Source: an uncultured Gemmatimonadota bacterium (GTDB lineage: Bacteria > Gemmatimonadota > CAZMKB01 > CAZNLH01). Taken from it: a DNA stretch of 64,000 nt. The translations under genes were made by a program, and so were the position numbers. The DNA lies in assembly GCA_964573995.1 (NCBI GenBank), contig CAZNLH010000005.1:12465-76464 (forward strand). The letters are read 5' to 3'. Below the pieces are notes generated by a model, which saw only the letters and a list, made by a program, of their open reading frames with translations, was not told the DNA's origin and ran no database searches. Each line of letters begins with the position of its first letter. Positions within the stretch are counted from its first letter, which is position 1. Below, piece by piece: positions 1 to 9,044 of the stretch.

Positions 1-230
1 GGGAACTTGGCTTTACCTACGAGGAGGTGGACAAGCTCCTCTATTTCCTAATCGACAAGCGCCTGAGCCCGGTCGAACTCAAGGGAAGGGGGCTCCAGGA
101 GAAATTCATCCGCAAGGTTGCCGATATGGTCCGCAACTCCCAGTACAAGCGCCGTCTCCCCGTCATCGCCAAACTATCCCAGAGGACTGTCGACTGGGAC
201 TTTCGATATCCCAGAGACTGGGGCAGGTGA
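1..230 (+). CDS. 3'-terminal fragment of a protein-coding gene running off the window start (hypothetical)
   Basis: Reading frame is open from nt 3 to the stop at 230 (..ELGFTYEEVDKLLYFLIDKRLSPVELKG..). The ORF track only reports it from an internal GTG at 27. No recognisable family. Confidence 0.3.
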   Translation, partial: ELGFTYEEVDKLLYFLIDKRLSPVELKGRGLQEKFIRKVADMVRNSQYKRRLPVIAKLSQRTVDWDFRYPRDWGR

Positions 231-544
231 CTCCCCGACTGTAGAAATCGACTTAGGTCCATCTCCCAATTCGTTGATCCAATGAGGGCCATAAAGAGGA
301 GCGGATAGTTCCATTAACATGCCAATCCATCGCGGCCCCCCGCATGAACAATGAGAAGGCGGATGGATCGAGCGGCGAATTGCTGTACTTCAACGGCCGA
401 ACAAGCATAGGCCGGGTACACAACCTTGACAAGAGATGAACCTCGAACCCATCGCGGCATCCCATAGCCGGGGCCAGATGGTGGAATAGCGGGCAGTTCC
501 TATTTCCAGGGCAACAACGCGAAAGACAACGGAGGCCAGAAGGC

Positions 545-1642
545 GTGAAGATCGTTAATATCGTGGGAGCAAGGCCCAACCTGATGAAGATAGCGCCCAT
601 CCTCGCCGCGATGCGATCCTTTCCCGACATTGAACCGGTGCTCGTTCACACCGGCCAGCACTATGACGACGAGATGTCGGACATCTTCTTCCGGGAACTG
701 GACATTCCAAGGCCGGATATCAACCTGGGAGTGGGCTCCGGCACACACTCCTGGCAAACGGCCCAGGTGATGCTGGCCCTGGAGCCACTGCTGGCGAGGT
801 TGAAACCGGATTGCGTCTTGGTGGTGGGAGACGTGAATTCCACCCTGGCCGCGTCGTTGGTGGCGAGCAAGTTGTCCATTCCCCTCTGCCACGTGGAGGC
901 CGGCCTCAGGAGTTTCGACCGTACGATGCCGGAAGAGATCAACCGGAAGTTGACCGACGCGCTTTCCGATTACCTCTTCACCACCTCACGCGACGCCGAC
1001 GAGAACCTGAGGAGAGAAGGCATCCCGGATCACAAGATATTCTTCGTAGGCAACGTGATGATAGACACCCTGTTACGCCACCGTTCCCGCGCCGATGAAT
1101 TGCAGATACCAGCCAGGTATGGGCTATCCCCTGGAAGATACTCCGTGGTGACCCTGCACCGTCCATCAAATGTAGACTCCCCAACGGTACTGAACGGGAT
1201 CCTGGATGCCCTCGAGGCAATTCAAACCAGATCGCCAATACTGTTCCCGGCGCACCCTCGGACCCTCGATCGGCTCTCTCAATTTGACATGACGCGACGC
1301 CTTGATTCCATGACCGGCCTGAGGCTCCTCGAGCCGGTGGGGTACCTGGAATTTCTTGGAATGATGGCGCAGGCCCAACTGGTACTGACCGATTCAGGGG
1401 GGATCCAGGAGGAGACTACCATACTGGGGGTGCCGTGCCTTACGTTGCGTAAAAACACCGAACGCCCCGTCACGGTCACTCAGGGGACGAATACGGTGGT
1501 AGGTGTATCGCCGGATCGCATCGTCGAGGCGGCTTCACGGGTGTTCAATGGAGATTCACATCACGGCCGCCGCCCGGAATTGTGGGACGGCAGGGCGGCA
1601 GAGAGGATCGTAGGGATACTACGCGAGGAACTGCATGGGTGA
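545..1642 (+). CDS. wecB: UDP-N-acetylglucosamine 2-epimerase (non-hydrolysing)
   Basis: 365 aa with the N-terminal MKIVNIVGARPNLMKIAPIL motif, HVEAGLRSFD, and DSGGIQEETTILGVPCLTLRKNTERP. Near-full-length collinearity with WecB/MnaA family. Confidence 0.85.
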   Translation: MKIVNIVGARPNLMKIAPILAAMRSFPDIEPVLVHTGQHYDDEMSDIFFRELDIPRPDINLGVGSGTHSWQTAQVMLALEPLLARLKPDCVLVVGDVNSTLAASLVASKLSIPLCHVEAGLRSFDRTMPEEINRKLTDALSDYLFTTSRDADENLRREGIPDHKIFFVGNVMIDTLLRHRSRADELQIPARYGLSPGRYSVVTLHRPSNVDSPTVLNGILDALEAIQTRSPILFPAHPRTLDRLSQFDMTRRLDSMTGLRLLEPVGYLEFLGMMAQAQLVLTDSGGIQEETTILGVPCLTLRKNTERPVTVTQGTNTVVGVSPDRIVEAASRVFNGDSHHGRRPELWDGRAAERIVGILREELHG

Positions 1643-2675
1643 GGTGAAACGGGAAATGGCCGTATGGATTGACTTTGAAAATGCCCCCCACGTCTTGGTT
1701 CTATCCCCCATCATAGAGCACCTCCAGGGCGAAGGCTACCCGCTGATCCTGACGGCGCGCGATTTTTCCTTCACGGTCGGCCTCTGCCGCCGCATGGGAT
1801 ACGACGCAAATGTCGTCGGCATGCCAGGACCCGGTAAGAATACACTCGCCAAGACATATCGAGTACTGCACAGGGCCTCTCTCCTGTATGCCCGGTTGTT
1901 CAAGTACCGCAGGAAGACAGCGCTGGCCTTATCGCATGGATCCCGTTCACAGATCCTGGCCGCCCACTACCTTGGCATCCCCGTTGTCAGCCTCGATGAC
2001 TATGAATTCTCCAACCAGTCGATTGTTCGTTTTGTAGACCACCTGCTCGTTCCTTCACCCATCCCGGCGGAGGCATGGGGACGTTACGCCGAAAAGGTAA
2101 CCCACTACCCTGGCCTGAAAGAAGAACTCTATCTCTGCAACTTCGCGCCGGAGAACGACGGCCTGGCCAGATTGAAGACGACCGATCGCATAAAGGTCTT
2201 TTTCCGCCCAGAAGGGCGCCTTGCCCACTACCACTCGTCACGCGGCGAGTTCCTGCAGGATGCCATCCTGGAATACCTGGCGGGACACGACGACCTGTTC
2301 CTGGTCCTCTTGCCTCGTGACTCAGAGCAGGAAGACGCACTGATCGACTTTTGCAGGGAACACGAGGTCTCCTGGTGGATTCCCGAAAGGGTTATAAGCG
2401 GGCCGACTCTCGTCCGAGAAGCGGATATGGTCATAAGCGGGGGAGGCACGATGACACGAGAGGCATCGGTACTCGGCATACCTTCGTACAGTTTCTTTGC
2501 CGGGAAATGGGGAGCCGTGGACCGTCATTTGAAGGCGCAGGGACGACTTGTGCAGATATCTCGCATCGAGGATGTGAACAAGATAAAAGTAGAAAAATGC
2601 AACAGACCGCCGCTGAACGTCCCCGATGACGCCCTCGATTCTGTCGTGGACTTTATCGAAAACATGCTGACCTGA
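1635..2675 (+). CDS. DUF354-family protein (GT-B-like partner frequently encoded next to wecB)
   Basis: 346 aa, N-terminus WIDFENAPHVLVLSPIIEHL is typical of DUF354. 8-nt overlap with wecB stop indicates translational coupling. Confidence 0.55.
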   Translation: MGEVKREMAVWIDFENAPHVLVLSPIIEHLQGEGYPLILTARDFSFTVGLCRRMGYDANVVGMPGPGKNTLAKTYRVLHRASLLYARLFKYRRKTALALSHGSRSQILAAHYLGIPVVSLDDYEFSNQSIVRFVDHLLVPSPIPAEAWGRYAEKVTHYPGLKEELYLCNFAPENDGLARLKTTDRIKVFFRPEGRLAHYHSSRGEFLQDAILEYLAGHDDLFLVLLPRDSEQEDALIDFCREHEVSWWIPERVISGPTLVREADMVISGGGTMTREASVLGIPSYSFFAGKWGAVDRHLKAQGRLVQISRIEDVNKIKVEKCNRPPLNVPDDALDSVVDFIENMLT

Positions 2676-2707
2676 CAGGCCCCTCTCGTTGACTCAGGAG
2701 TTACCCT

Positions 2708-5386
2708 TCAGTGTCCAACATTATCAACACCTTGGAGCCCCTCCAGGTAATGCCTTACTCTCTCTCCCTCCCTCTCCCTTAGTCCCGTGCAATCATGGAC
2801 CTGATCGGAGATCTCATCGAGCCGACGATCGATCCCCACGACATGGTGTGTCGGCTCTGCAAAGAATCTTACCGCCTTCTCCAATCTTTCCTCCGAACAC
2901 CCCCCTGCAAACATTGCGAGCCTCACCGCCATCTCCGGCGGCATACGAGAAGTAAGGACGCCATAGTTTTCCATTATCCAATCAAAAAGACGGTTATCGA
3001 ACTTCCCTGATCGGGACACCGCCCAGAGTACCGTGAAGAGTTCAGTGTTATGCAGGGGCCCCTCCAGGACGTATTGGAGGGCATCCTCAACCAGCGTGGA
3101 ATCACGAAAACTTCCCACCAGGTAGAGAAACCTCGAATGATCCACTGGTGTCTGGGCGGACTCGAATCGTCTCTTGTACTCCCTGTACAGGTCTTCGCCT
3201 CCATGAATGGCCGAGAGGTACAGGACGGCATCAACCAAGGAGGGATCTACAGCCGCCGGGTCAATAAGGTATTCCCGCGCGAGCGAATCGGCCCATTCCG
3301 TTAAGTGCTTATCTCTCCCTTCATCACCCAAGCACCCTATCAGCCCGGGACGAAACCTCGTGACCTCCTCGTCCTCACCCTCTACAGGTGTCATACCGAA
3401 CCGCGCAAGTGCTGGTCTCAGCACGAGCCTCAAATAACCAGAAAATGCCTCTTCCAGATCTTCCGTCACAAAGGCCGATTCTGCCTTCCCAAGGGCGGAG
3501 AGAAGGGCGGAAAGGACCCGAGGATCAGGGTCGTCGGCTATCCTTTTCAGGGTGCTGAGGTACAACTCTCCATCGATCTTGCCAGCATCGAGGAGCGCAC
3601 CCAAGTTGCCTATCATACCGACCCGTTCACGAGGATCCAAGATAGCGCTGGCCTGTTCAGCCATATTCACCATCATTTCAGTTGGAACCACCCATCGATA
3701 ATACCCGTGCATTCCGGCATCCGGAAAGATCCACTTTATCCCTCCCTCTCCCTCAAGGTGGACGATCTCCTCCGGCCTGTCGAGTAGAAGCCGATGGGAC
3801 CGTACCGAAATTGAATCCCCGTACTTAAGCGTGACCGGTATTCTCCACACGGCCTTGCCGTTGCCATCGGCTTCATACCCTGTAAACCGTTCCTGTCTGA
3901 GCCTGACCTCACCGTCACCCGCCACATCGACCGAGACCAGCGGAACGCCGGCCTGGTCCAGGAATGAAGACATGGCAGGAGCGATATCCTCTCCTGCAGC
4001 CACGGACAGGGATGCCCAAAGATCCTCGGCCGTTGCGTTCCCCCACTCGTTCTCTTTTATATAGTCGAGCACGCCTCTCCGGAATCGATCCGCTCCCATC
4101 CACTGCTCGAACATGTCGAGGATGGCCTCACCCTTGCTGTAAGCAAGGACATCCGCCGTGAGAAGTAGGTTGTCCGTCGCACTTACAGATTCCCTCATGG
4201 CGTGGGTAGACGGACGCGCATCCATGATCATGGCCCGCTGGGCACTTCGTACCTGACTTACGTCCGCCCCGTATTCAGGAAAGACCTCCTGCACGATCTT
4301 ATCACCCATCCAGGATGCAAAAGATTCGTTTAGCCAGAGATCGTCCCACCAGGACATGGTCACCAGGTCTCCGAACCACATGTGTGCCATCTCGTGCGCC
4401 ATCACGCTCGCCAGTGTCCTCTTCCGCCCGACGCTCGACGTCTCGGGATCCAGGAGGAGTATGCGTTCGGCAAATGTGATCGCTCCGGGATTCTCCATCC
4501 CCCCGTGCCAGAACTCCGGGAGCGCGATGAGATCGAGTTTGTCGTAAGGGTAACGGCTCCCGAAGTACCTTTCCAGCGCGGACAAGATAGGTGGTGCGGT
4601 CCGCACCGCCTCACCGGCGAGGAAGCCACGCCCCTTTACCGTTATCACCCTGCCCGGCACCGACATACCCTGTATCGGCACGGTGTCGAACGGGCCGACA
4701 GCGATTGCGAGCAGGTAAGAAGGCATCGGAGGGGTTCGTTTGAAAACGACCGTCCTCCATCCATCATGGGCGCGATCCTCCTCAACTTTGGTGTTGCTGA
4801 CCGCGAGCTGTCCTTCCGGTACGATTAGCGTCACCTTGTAGGGGATCTTGAAGTCCGGCTCATCCCAGCAAGGGAAAGCCTCCCTGGCCTCGTCGGCCTC
4901 GAACTGACTGAATACATAACCCCGCCCATCATCCTTCATGCGGTAAATACTGTTCGCAGTGGAATCGGATTCATTTGAAAAACCGATCTTCAACTCCAGG
5001 CTGCCCCTTGATAGTGTGTCACCCGAGCGAATCTCCACAATGTCAGGGGTCAAACGTGAATAATCGAATGGAACAGGTCTTCCTTCCTTCGTGAGAGACA
5101 TCTTCTCTATGGCAAGACCCTCCGCGTGAAAATCGAAATGATCTGTCGGATCTAACATATGCAGAACAATCTTCACCTCCCCTGAATAACTTTTTTTATC
5201 GGCGTCTATCTTCAGCCTTACAGACTCGCAGGTGGGAGTGACCTGACGTGGGAGCCTGTTTTCCACACCATCCTCCCTGGATAACGATGTCCCCCCTCGC
5301 ATTGAAGCAACGAACACGGTCTGAAAAGCCACCAGGCCAAACAGAGGTACCTTCCCTGAAATCAATCTGTTATTCCTCCCTCCCAT
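2708..5386 (-). CDS. pepN: M1-family aminopeptidase N with N-terminal membrane anchor/signal
   Basis: 892 aa. Exopeptidase motif GGMEN (WHGGMENPGAITF), zinc motif HEMAHMWFGDLVTMSWWDDLWLNESFASW (HExxH-x18-E). N-terminal hydrophobic segment. Confidence 0.85.
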   Translation of the reverse strand: MGGRNNRLISGKVPLFGLVAFQTVFVASMRGGTSLSREDGVENRLPRQVTPTCESVRLKIDADKKSYSGEVKIVLHMLDPTDHFDFHAEGLAIEKMSLTKEGRPVPFDYSRLTPDIVEIRSGDTLSRGSLELKIGFSNESDSTANSIYRMKDDGRGYVFSQFEADEAREAFPCWDEPDFKIPYKVTLIVPEGQLAVSNTKVEEDRAHDGWRTVVFKRTPPMPSYLLAIAVGPFDTVPIQGMSVPGRVITVKGRGFLAGEAVRTAPPILSALERYFGSRYPYDKLDLIALPEFWHGGMENPGAITFAERILLLDPETSSVGRKRTLASVMAHEMAHMWFGDLVTMSWWDDLWLNESFASWMGDKIVQEVFPEYGADVSQVRSAQRAMIMDARPSTHAMRESVSATDNLLLTADVLAYSKGEAILDMFEQWMGADRFRRGVLDYIKENEWGNATAEDLWASLSVAAGEDIAPAMSSFLDQAGVPLVSVDVAGDGEVRLRQERFTGYEADGNGKAVWRIPVTLKYGDSISVRSHRLLLDRPEEIVHLEGEGGIKWIFPDAGMHGYYRWVVPTEMMVNMAEQASAILDPRERVGMIGNLGALLDAGKIDGELYLSTLKRIADDPDPRVLSALLSALGKAESAFVTEDLEEAFSGYLRLVLRPALARFGMTPVEGEDEEVTRFRPGLIGCLGDEGRDKHLTEWADSLAREYLIDPAAVDPSLVDAVLYLSAIHGGEDLYREYKRRFESAQTPVDHSRFLYLVGSFRDSTLVEDALQYVLEGPLHNTELFTVLWAVSRSGKFDNRLFDWIMENYGVLTSRMPPEMAVRLAMFAGGCSEERLEKAVRFFAEPTHHVVGIDRRLDEISDQVHDCTGLREREGERVRHYLEGLQGVDNVGH

Positions 5387-5581
5387 CTGCTCCTCTACTT
5401 CATAGAAAGCGAGTACAGAGTATTGTAAGTGCCTTGAGAGTCAGCAATTGAATCATCATGCCTCGAGAGCTCTCTCAAGGGGGAGCGACATATCATCGTT
5501 ATGGTAATTAACCATGTGCCTTAATAATCAACAAGTTTATTACCTTTCCTTCCACGCACAATATCCACAACAACACGCAAA

Positions 5582-5980
5582 TCAGTCACCTTCCGTGACC
5601 GCGTCCGCCTCGATCTCCACTCGCCACTCCGGGTCAATGAACCCACTCACACGGATGAACGTCGACGCGGGCATCGTTTCCCCGAAGACCTCGCTGTGTG
5701 ATCTCGCCACCTTCTCCAGGTCATCCATATCGACCAAGTAGACGCGTGTTCGGATTACGTCCTCCATGTCGGCTCCAAGTTGAAGCAGCGACTGTTCTAT
5801 AATCTCCAGGCAACGCTTGCACTGGAGATAGACATCTCCCCTTCCGACCGTGTTCCCATTAGGACCGATAGGCGCGGTGCCGGACACCGCGATGAAATCA
5901 CCCACTCTCACCGCCCTTGAAAATCCAATAAGCCCTTCAAATGGTGACCCAGAAGAAACGGACTGCCTGGACGCCCCCAT
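5582..5980 (-). CDS. ridA: RidA/YjgF/TdcF family reactive-intermediate deaminase
   Basis: 132 aa. Conserved RidA-like stretches (FIAVSGTAPIGPNG.., RTRVYLVDMDDLEKV.., IRVSGFIDPEWRVEIEA). Confidence 0.65.
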   Translation of the reverse strand: MGASRQSVSSGSPFEGLIGFSRAVRVGDFIAVSGTAPIGPNGNTVGRGDVYLQCKRCLEIIEQSLLQLGADMEDVIRTRVYLVDMDDLEKVARSHSEVFGETMPASTFIRVSGFIDPEWRVEIEADAVTEGD

Positions 5981-6476
5981 TATTTCTCCTTTCTACCAAC
6001 GGTGTCGGAGTGATTATCCATGAAAACAGGGAGACAAGTGATCTATCGAGAAAAAATCGTGGTGAATTTCGATACTCTCCCATGGACAAGTATAGGCATG
6101 AACGGTATGCCGTGTCAACAGGCTATCCCGCTAAAGACTCAGATGAGAAGAATAGAGTCCATCCCGGTGAGAAGAAGGGAGTCAATCTCTCCCATCTCTC
6201 GACATCTATCAGGCAGATTCACGGACGATCTGACGCTTGTTCTTCAACGTACACCGCCGACGAATAGGCCGCTCTAAGACCTCTGGATTCGGCCGCTTAT
6301 AAACCCCACACTTCATCCCTCGATACACCACTTCCATTGCCCACCTGATCTTTCAACCTCTCTACTCTCAACATCACTCCCTTTCCCTCTGACTTCCTCA
6401 TTAAATTTGACACCAAGAAATGCCTCACTTATATTAACAAAGAGGAGGCGTCGCCTTAACTCAATAGTGGAATCAG

Positions 6477-7499
6477 ATGAAGACCAGTCGAAGTATTGCG
6501 CTAACCTTGCTCCTCTCAGCATTTATCCCCCTGAATGACCCTTCAATAGCAGCCTTTCCAGAGAGCAGTACGGCTGCCAGGGCGGACCTCAAGCAAAAAT
6601 GTCGTGTCTCGGAGATTACCCTGGAGACCGGGAAAGCAATTATCGGCATTATCCTCAATGCAACCGATGACTCCCTCTATGTCCGTGCCCTGCAGACTCC
6701 GAAAGAAATAGCATCTGCTCCCCTCTTGATCCCGACCCGAGCCATTCCCCTCACTGGAATCGCCTCGGTGAGATGCGGCGACTCCATTAAGGATGGGATA
6801 TTGGCTGGGATCTTGGCGGTTGGAGCCCCCTCGGCATTAATAACTGCTTTGGCCTTCGCATCCCTGGCGGATGACCCTTCATCCCACGACGACCTGGCGG
6901 CACTGAGGGGTTTGGCATATGGCCTTTCAACCGGGGGTACGATCGGCGCGGTTATGGGCGCGATATTAGATGTCCGGGTAGGCGGCTGGCCTGTAATGAC
7001 TGACGGAGACGGTCTAAGGGATGCGTGGATTGGTACGCGCCACGGGCTCCCAGAATCGGGGCGCCGGAAATCCTTGTCGGCGGGAGCATTCGTAGGGTTA
7101 GCCCGCTCGGCGGACCCGGGAAACTCCAGGCAGTGGCGACCGCTGGCAGGAGGACGGCTGAGTTACAGGACAAGCGAACGCTTGACTTACGAGATCGTCC
7201 TCGCGTCTTCTGAAAAGAGGGACAAAGAGAAGATCCAATATTTGAGCGCGGATGCCATGGTCCCATTTACGTTAGGGAGGAGTTTCGAGATATATTATTC
7301 CTCCGGCATAGGCTTGACGCATGTCGAGAAGCAAGGAAGGTATTGGCCTCTTAAGGAGAATCATCTCGATATTAATGTCGGAGGCGGGATATTCTGGAAG
7401 CTCCCAAAGGTGGAGCGGTTCTCGCTCCACCCTGAATACAAATGGCATCCCTTCTCGGACCAATACCACGAAATCACTGTAGGGATCGTCATATTTTAA
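6477..7499 (+). CDS. secreted hypothetical protein, possible outer-membrane protein with glycine-zipper segment
   Basis: 340 aa. N-terminal signal peptide (MKTSRSIALTLLLSAFIPLNDPSIAAF). GxxxG-rich block (GILAGILAVGAPSALITALAFASL..GLAYGLSTGGTIGAVMGAIL). C-terminus ends in aromatic residue (..ITVGIVIF) as in beta-barrel OMPs. No family recognised. Confidence 0.45.
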   Translation: MKTSRSIALTLLLSAFIPLNDPSIAAFPESSTAARADLKQKCRVSEITLETGKAIIGIILNATDDSLYVRALQTPKEIASAPLLIPTRAIPLTGIASVRCGDSIKDGILAGILAVGAPSALITALAFASLADDPSSHDDLAALRGLAYGLSTGGTIGAVMGAILDVRVGGWPVMTDGDGLRDAWIGTRHGLPESGRRKSLSAGAFVGLARSADPGNSRQWRPLAGGRLSYRTSERLTYEIVLASSEKRDKEKIQYLSADAMVPFTLGRSFEIYYSSGIGLTHVEKQGRYWPLKENHLDINVGGGIFWKLPKVERFSLHPEYKWHPFSDQYHEITVGIVIF

Positions 7500-7947
7500 C
7501 AGACAATTCGAGATCGGTCGTGAAATTATACGACGCTCCTTCCGACTATCACCATGTACTCCCGGCCATCTACCGCTCCGGCATTAGATTAGAGATACTC
7601 CCGATCATCACCCTCCATTGGCTCCTATCTTGCTCTATTCAAGAGAAGTGAATACGTTTTTTTAACAAATTATAAGGGGTCCTCTTGAGAATTTGTGGGT
7701 GGTGTATGGGGTCTAAGTATTTGAAAGCATGAATCTTCTCCTCTATTTTTCTTGTGTTGTAACAAGATATAAGGAAAGCAAGATAGACTTTTTCAACAAC
7801 CCCTTACTCCTTGCATTTCTCCGGTTTTTTCTCTTTGAAGCGAGTATCTCGTTCAATTACAAGGGGATCAGTGATTGAACAGGTGTAATCAGGGCAAGAG
7901 GATAAAGAGGACCTTATGCAGAATTCCTGGCCTGGAAGCTAAAGCCG
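7500..7947. other. low-GC (~38%) non-coding spacer flanking the orphan gene
   Basis: Direct reading: long A/T runs (acgtttttttaacaaattataagg.., ..tctatttttcttgtgttgtaacaagatataaggaaagcaagatagactttttcaac). Contrasts with ~58% GC elsewhere. Confidence 0.6.
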
Positions 7948-8967
7948 TTAGCCTGATTGGAGGTGTAGATAGCGATGGGCGATGTGGTTGAGCGACGTTC
8001 GAATTACGTGAAAACGATCCCCGAGAACAGACAGGACATCTGAGAGTTCGAGCCGTTCTGCAAGCCGGTTGTCCGCAGCCAGCCGGTAATTGATACTCCC
8101 CATATCCTCGTAATAGGTCTCTCCCGGACAATACTTCCTGAATCTGTTGCGAGCACGTATGTACTCGGGAAACAGGCCAAGGAGGAAGAGGCTATAATTC
8201 CCGATATGGGTTCGAATCAAGAAGCGATCTCTCGAATCGGCGCCGTCGAGGTAAGCGACGAGATCGACGATATACTTGAATATCTCATCATGGGCAAGAG
8301 AAACCCTGTAAAGTCGTTCTCTTACCAAGAACTCCACCATCATGGAAGAGATGTAATCCGAGACTCTTCTGTTATCGACTCCCTCCGCCAGCATGACATG
8401 CCTCGCCAGGACATAAAAGTAGAGAGAGGGAGAAATACGAGTGAGTCCATGCTCGTGCACTATCCTATCGAAGAGTTCGGCTCGATCCAGGAGGTGATCG
8501 ATGAAGCTTTTCTCTGACATTAGTTGTTTTATGGCTCTCTTCTTTCGATCACCCCCGGATAGAGCCTCGAGAATAAAGTTCATGTCAGCGGGTGTCAACC
8601 TTGCTCTCGACTTCCCCCAACCCAAGGTAAGGTCTCCTTTCTTGGAAGGATTCGGAAGAAAAAACGCACTCGTCTGAAAAAAAGCAATATTAGTGCCAAA
8701 AATATCAAATTTCTCAGGAAAGAGGGTGATATTGCACCAGCAGGGGGCCCGCTGCCGTTTAAATGGGGAATTATTGCAGTGGAACAATCTGGACAGTTGA
8801 GGTGCGGCGCGCAGTCCGGTGTTCATTAGCCGACACCATTCCGAACACCATGGATTGGCCGTGCATCGGTCACCCCTCGGGATGCTCCATTTCCCGGCAG
8901 TCAGCCGTCGCCTCGTTGGGAAAATCGAATCGGATACGAATGCGGTCATGCCGAAGAATGAAAACAA
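7948..8967 (-). CDS. orphan alpha-helical hypothetical protein (probable true start near 8583 or 8520; N-terminal 128 codons of the ORF likely non-coding)
   Basis: Longest ORF is 339 aa, but its 5' third lies in AT-rich, low-complexity DNA (8590-8760). The C-terminal ~210 aa (from MNFILEALSGG..) look protein-like and helical. Ends with ..VIRTSLNHIAHRYLHLQSG containing an Rx4H motif. Gene GC (~46-50%) below window average. Confidence 0.35.
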   Translation of the reverse strand: MFSFFGMTAFVSDSIFPTRRRLTAGKWSIPRGDRCTANPWCSEWCRLMNTGLRAAPQLSRLFHCNNSPFKRQRAPCWCNITLFPEKFDIFGTNIAFFQTSAFFLPNPSKKGDLTLGWGKSRARLTPADMNFILEALSGGDRKKRAIKQLMSEKSFIDHLLDRAELFDRIVHEHGLTRISPSLYFYVLARHVMLAEGVDNRRVSDYISSMMVEFLVRERLYRVSLAHDEIFKYIVDLVAYLDGADSRDRFLIRTHIGNYSLFLLGLFPEYIRARNRFRKYCPGETYYEDMGSINYRLAADNRLAERLELSDVLSVLGDRFHVIRTSLNHIAHRYLHLQSG

Positions 8968-9044
8968 AATCGAAGGTGGGAGTTAACAACGAGGGAATAT
9001 CGCCATTAGTCGCCTACAGGCAATAAAGTACGCCGGAGGTGCAA

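Noticed and set aside
2676-2707. Possible bidirectional terminator between convergent DUF354 and pepN genes
   Set aside because: Only 32 bp with weak complementarity. No convincing stem plus T-tract.
8206-8517. 103-aa plus-strand ORF antisense to the orphan gene
   Set aside because: It lies entirely within the longer minus-strand ORF, whose C-terminal part looks more protein-like. It has no recognisable motif. It is kept only as an alternative in the finding.
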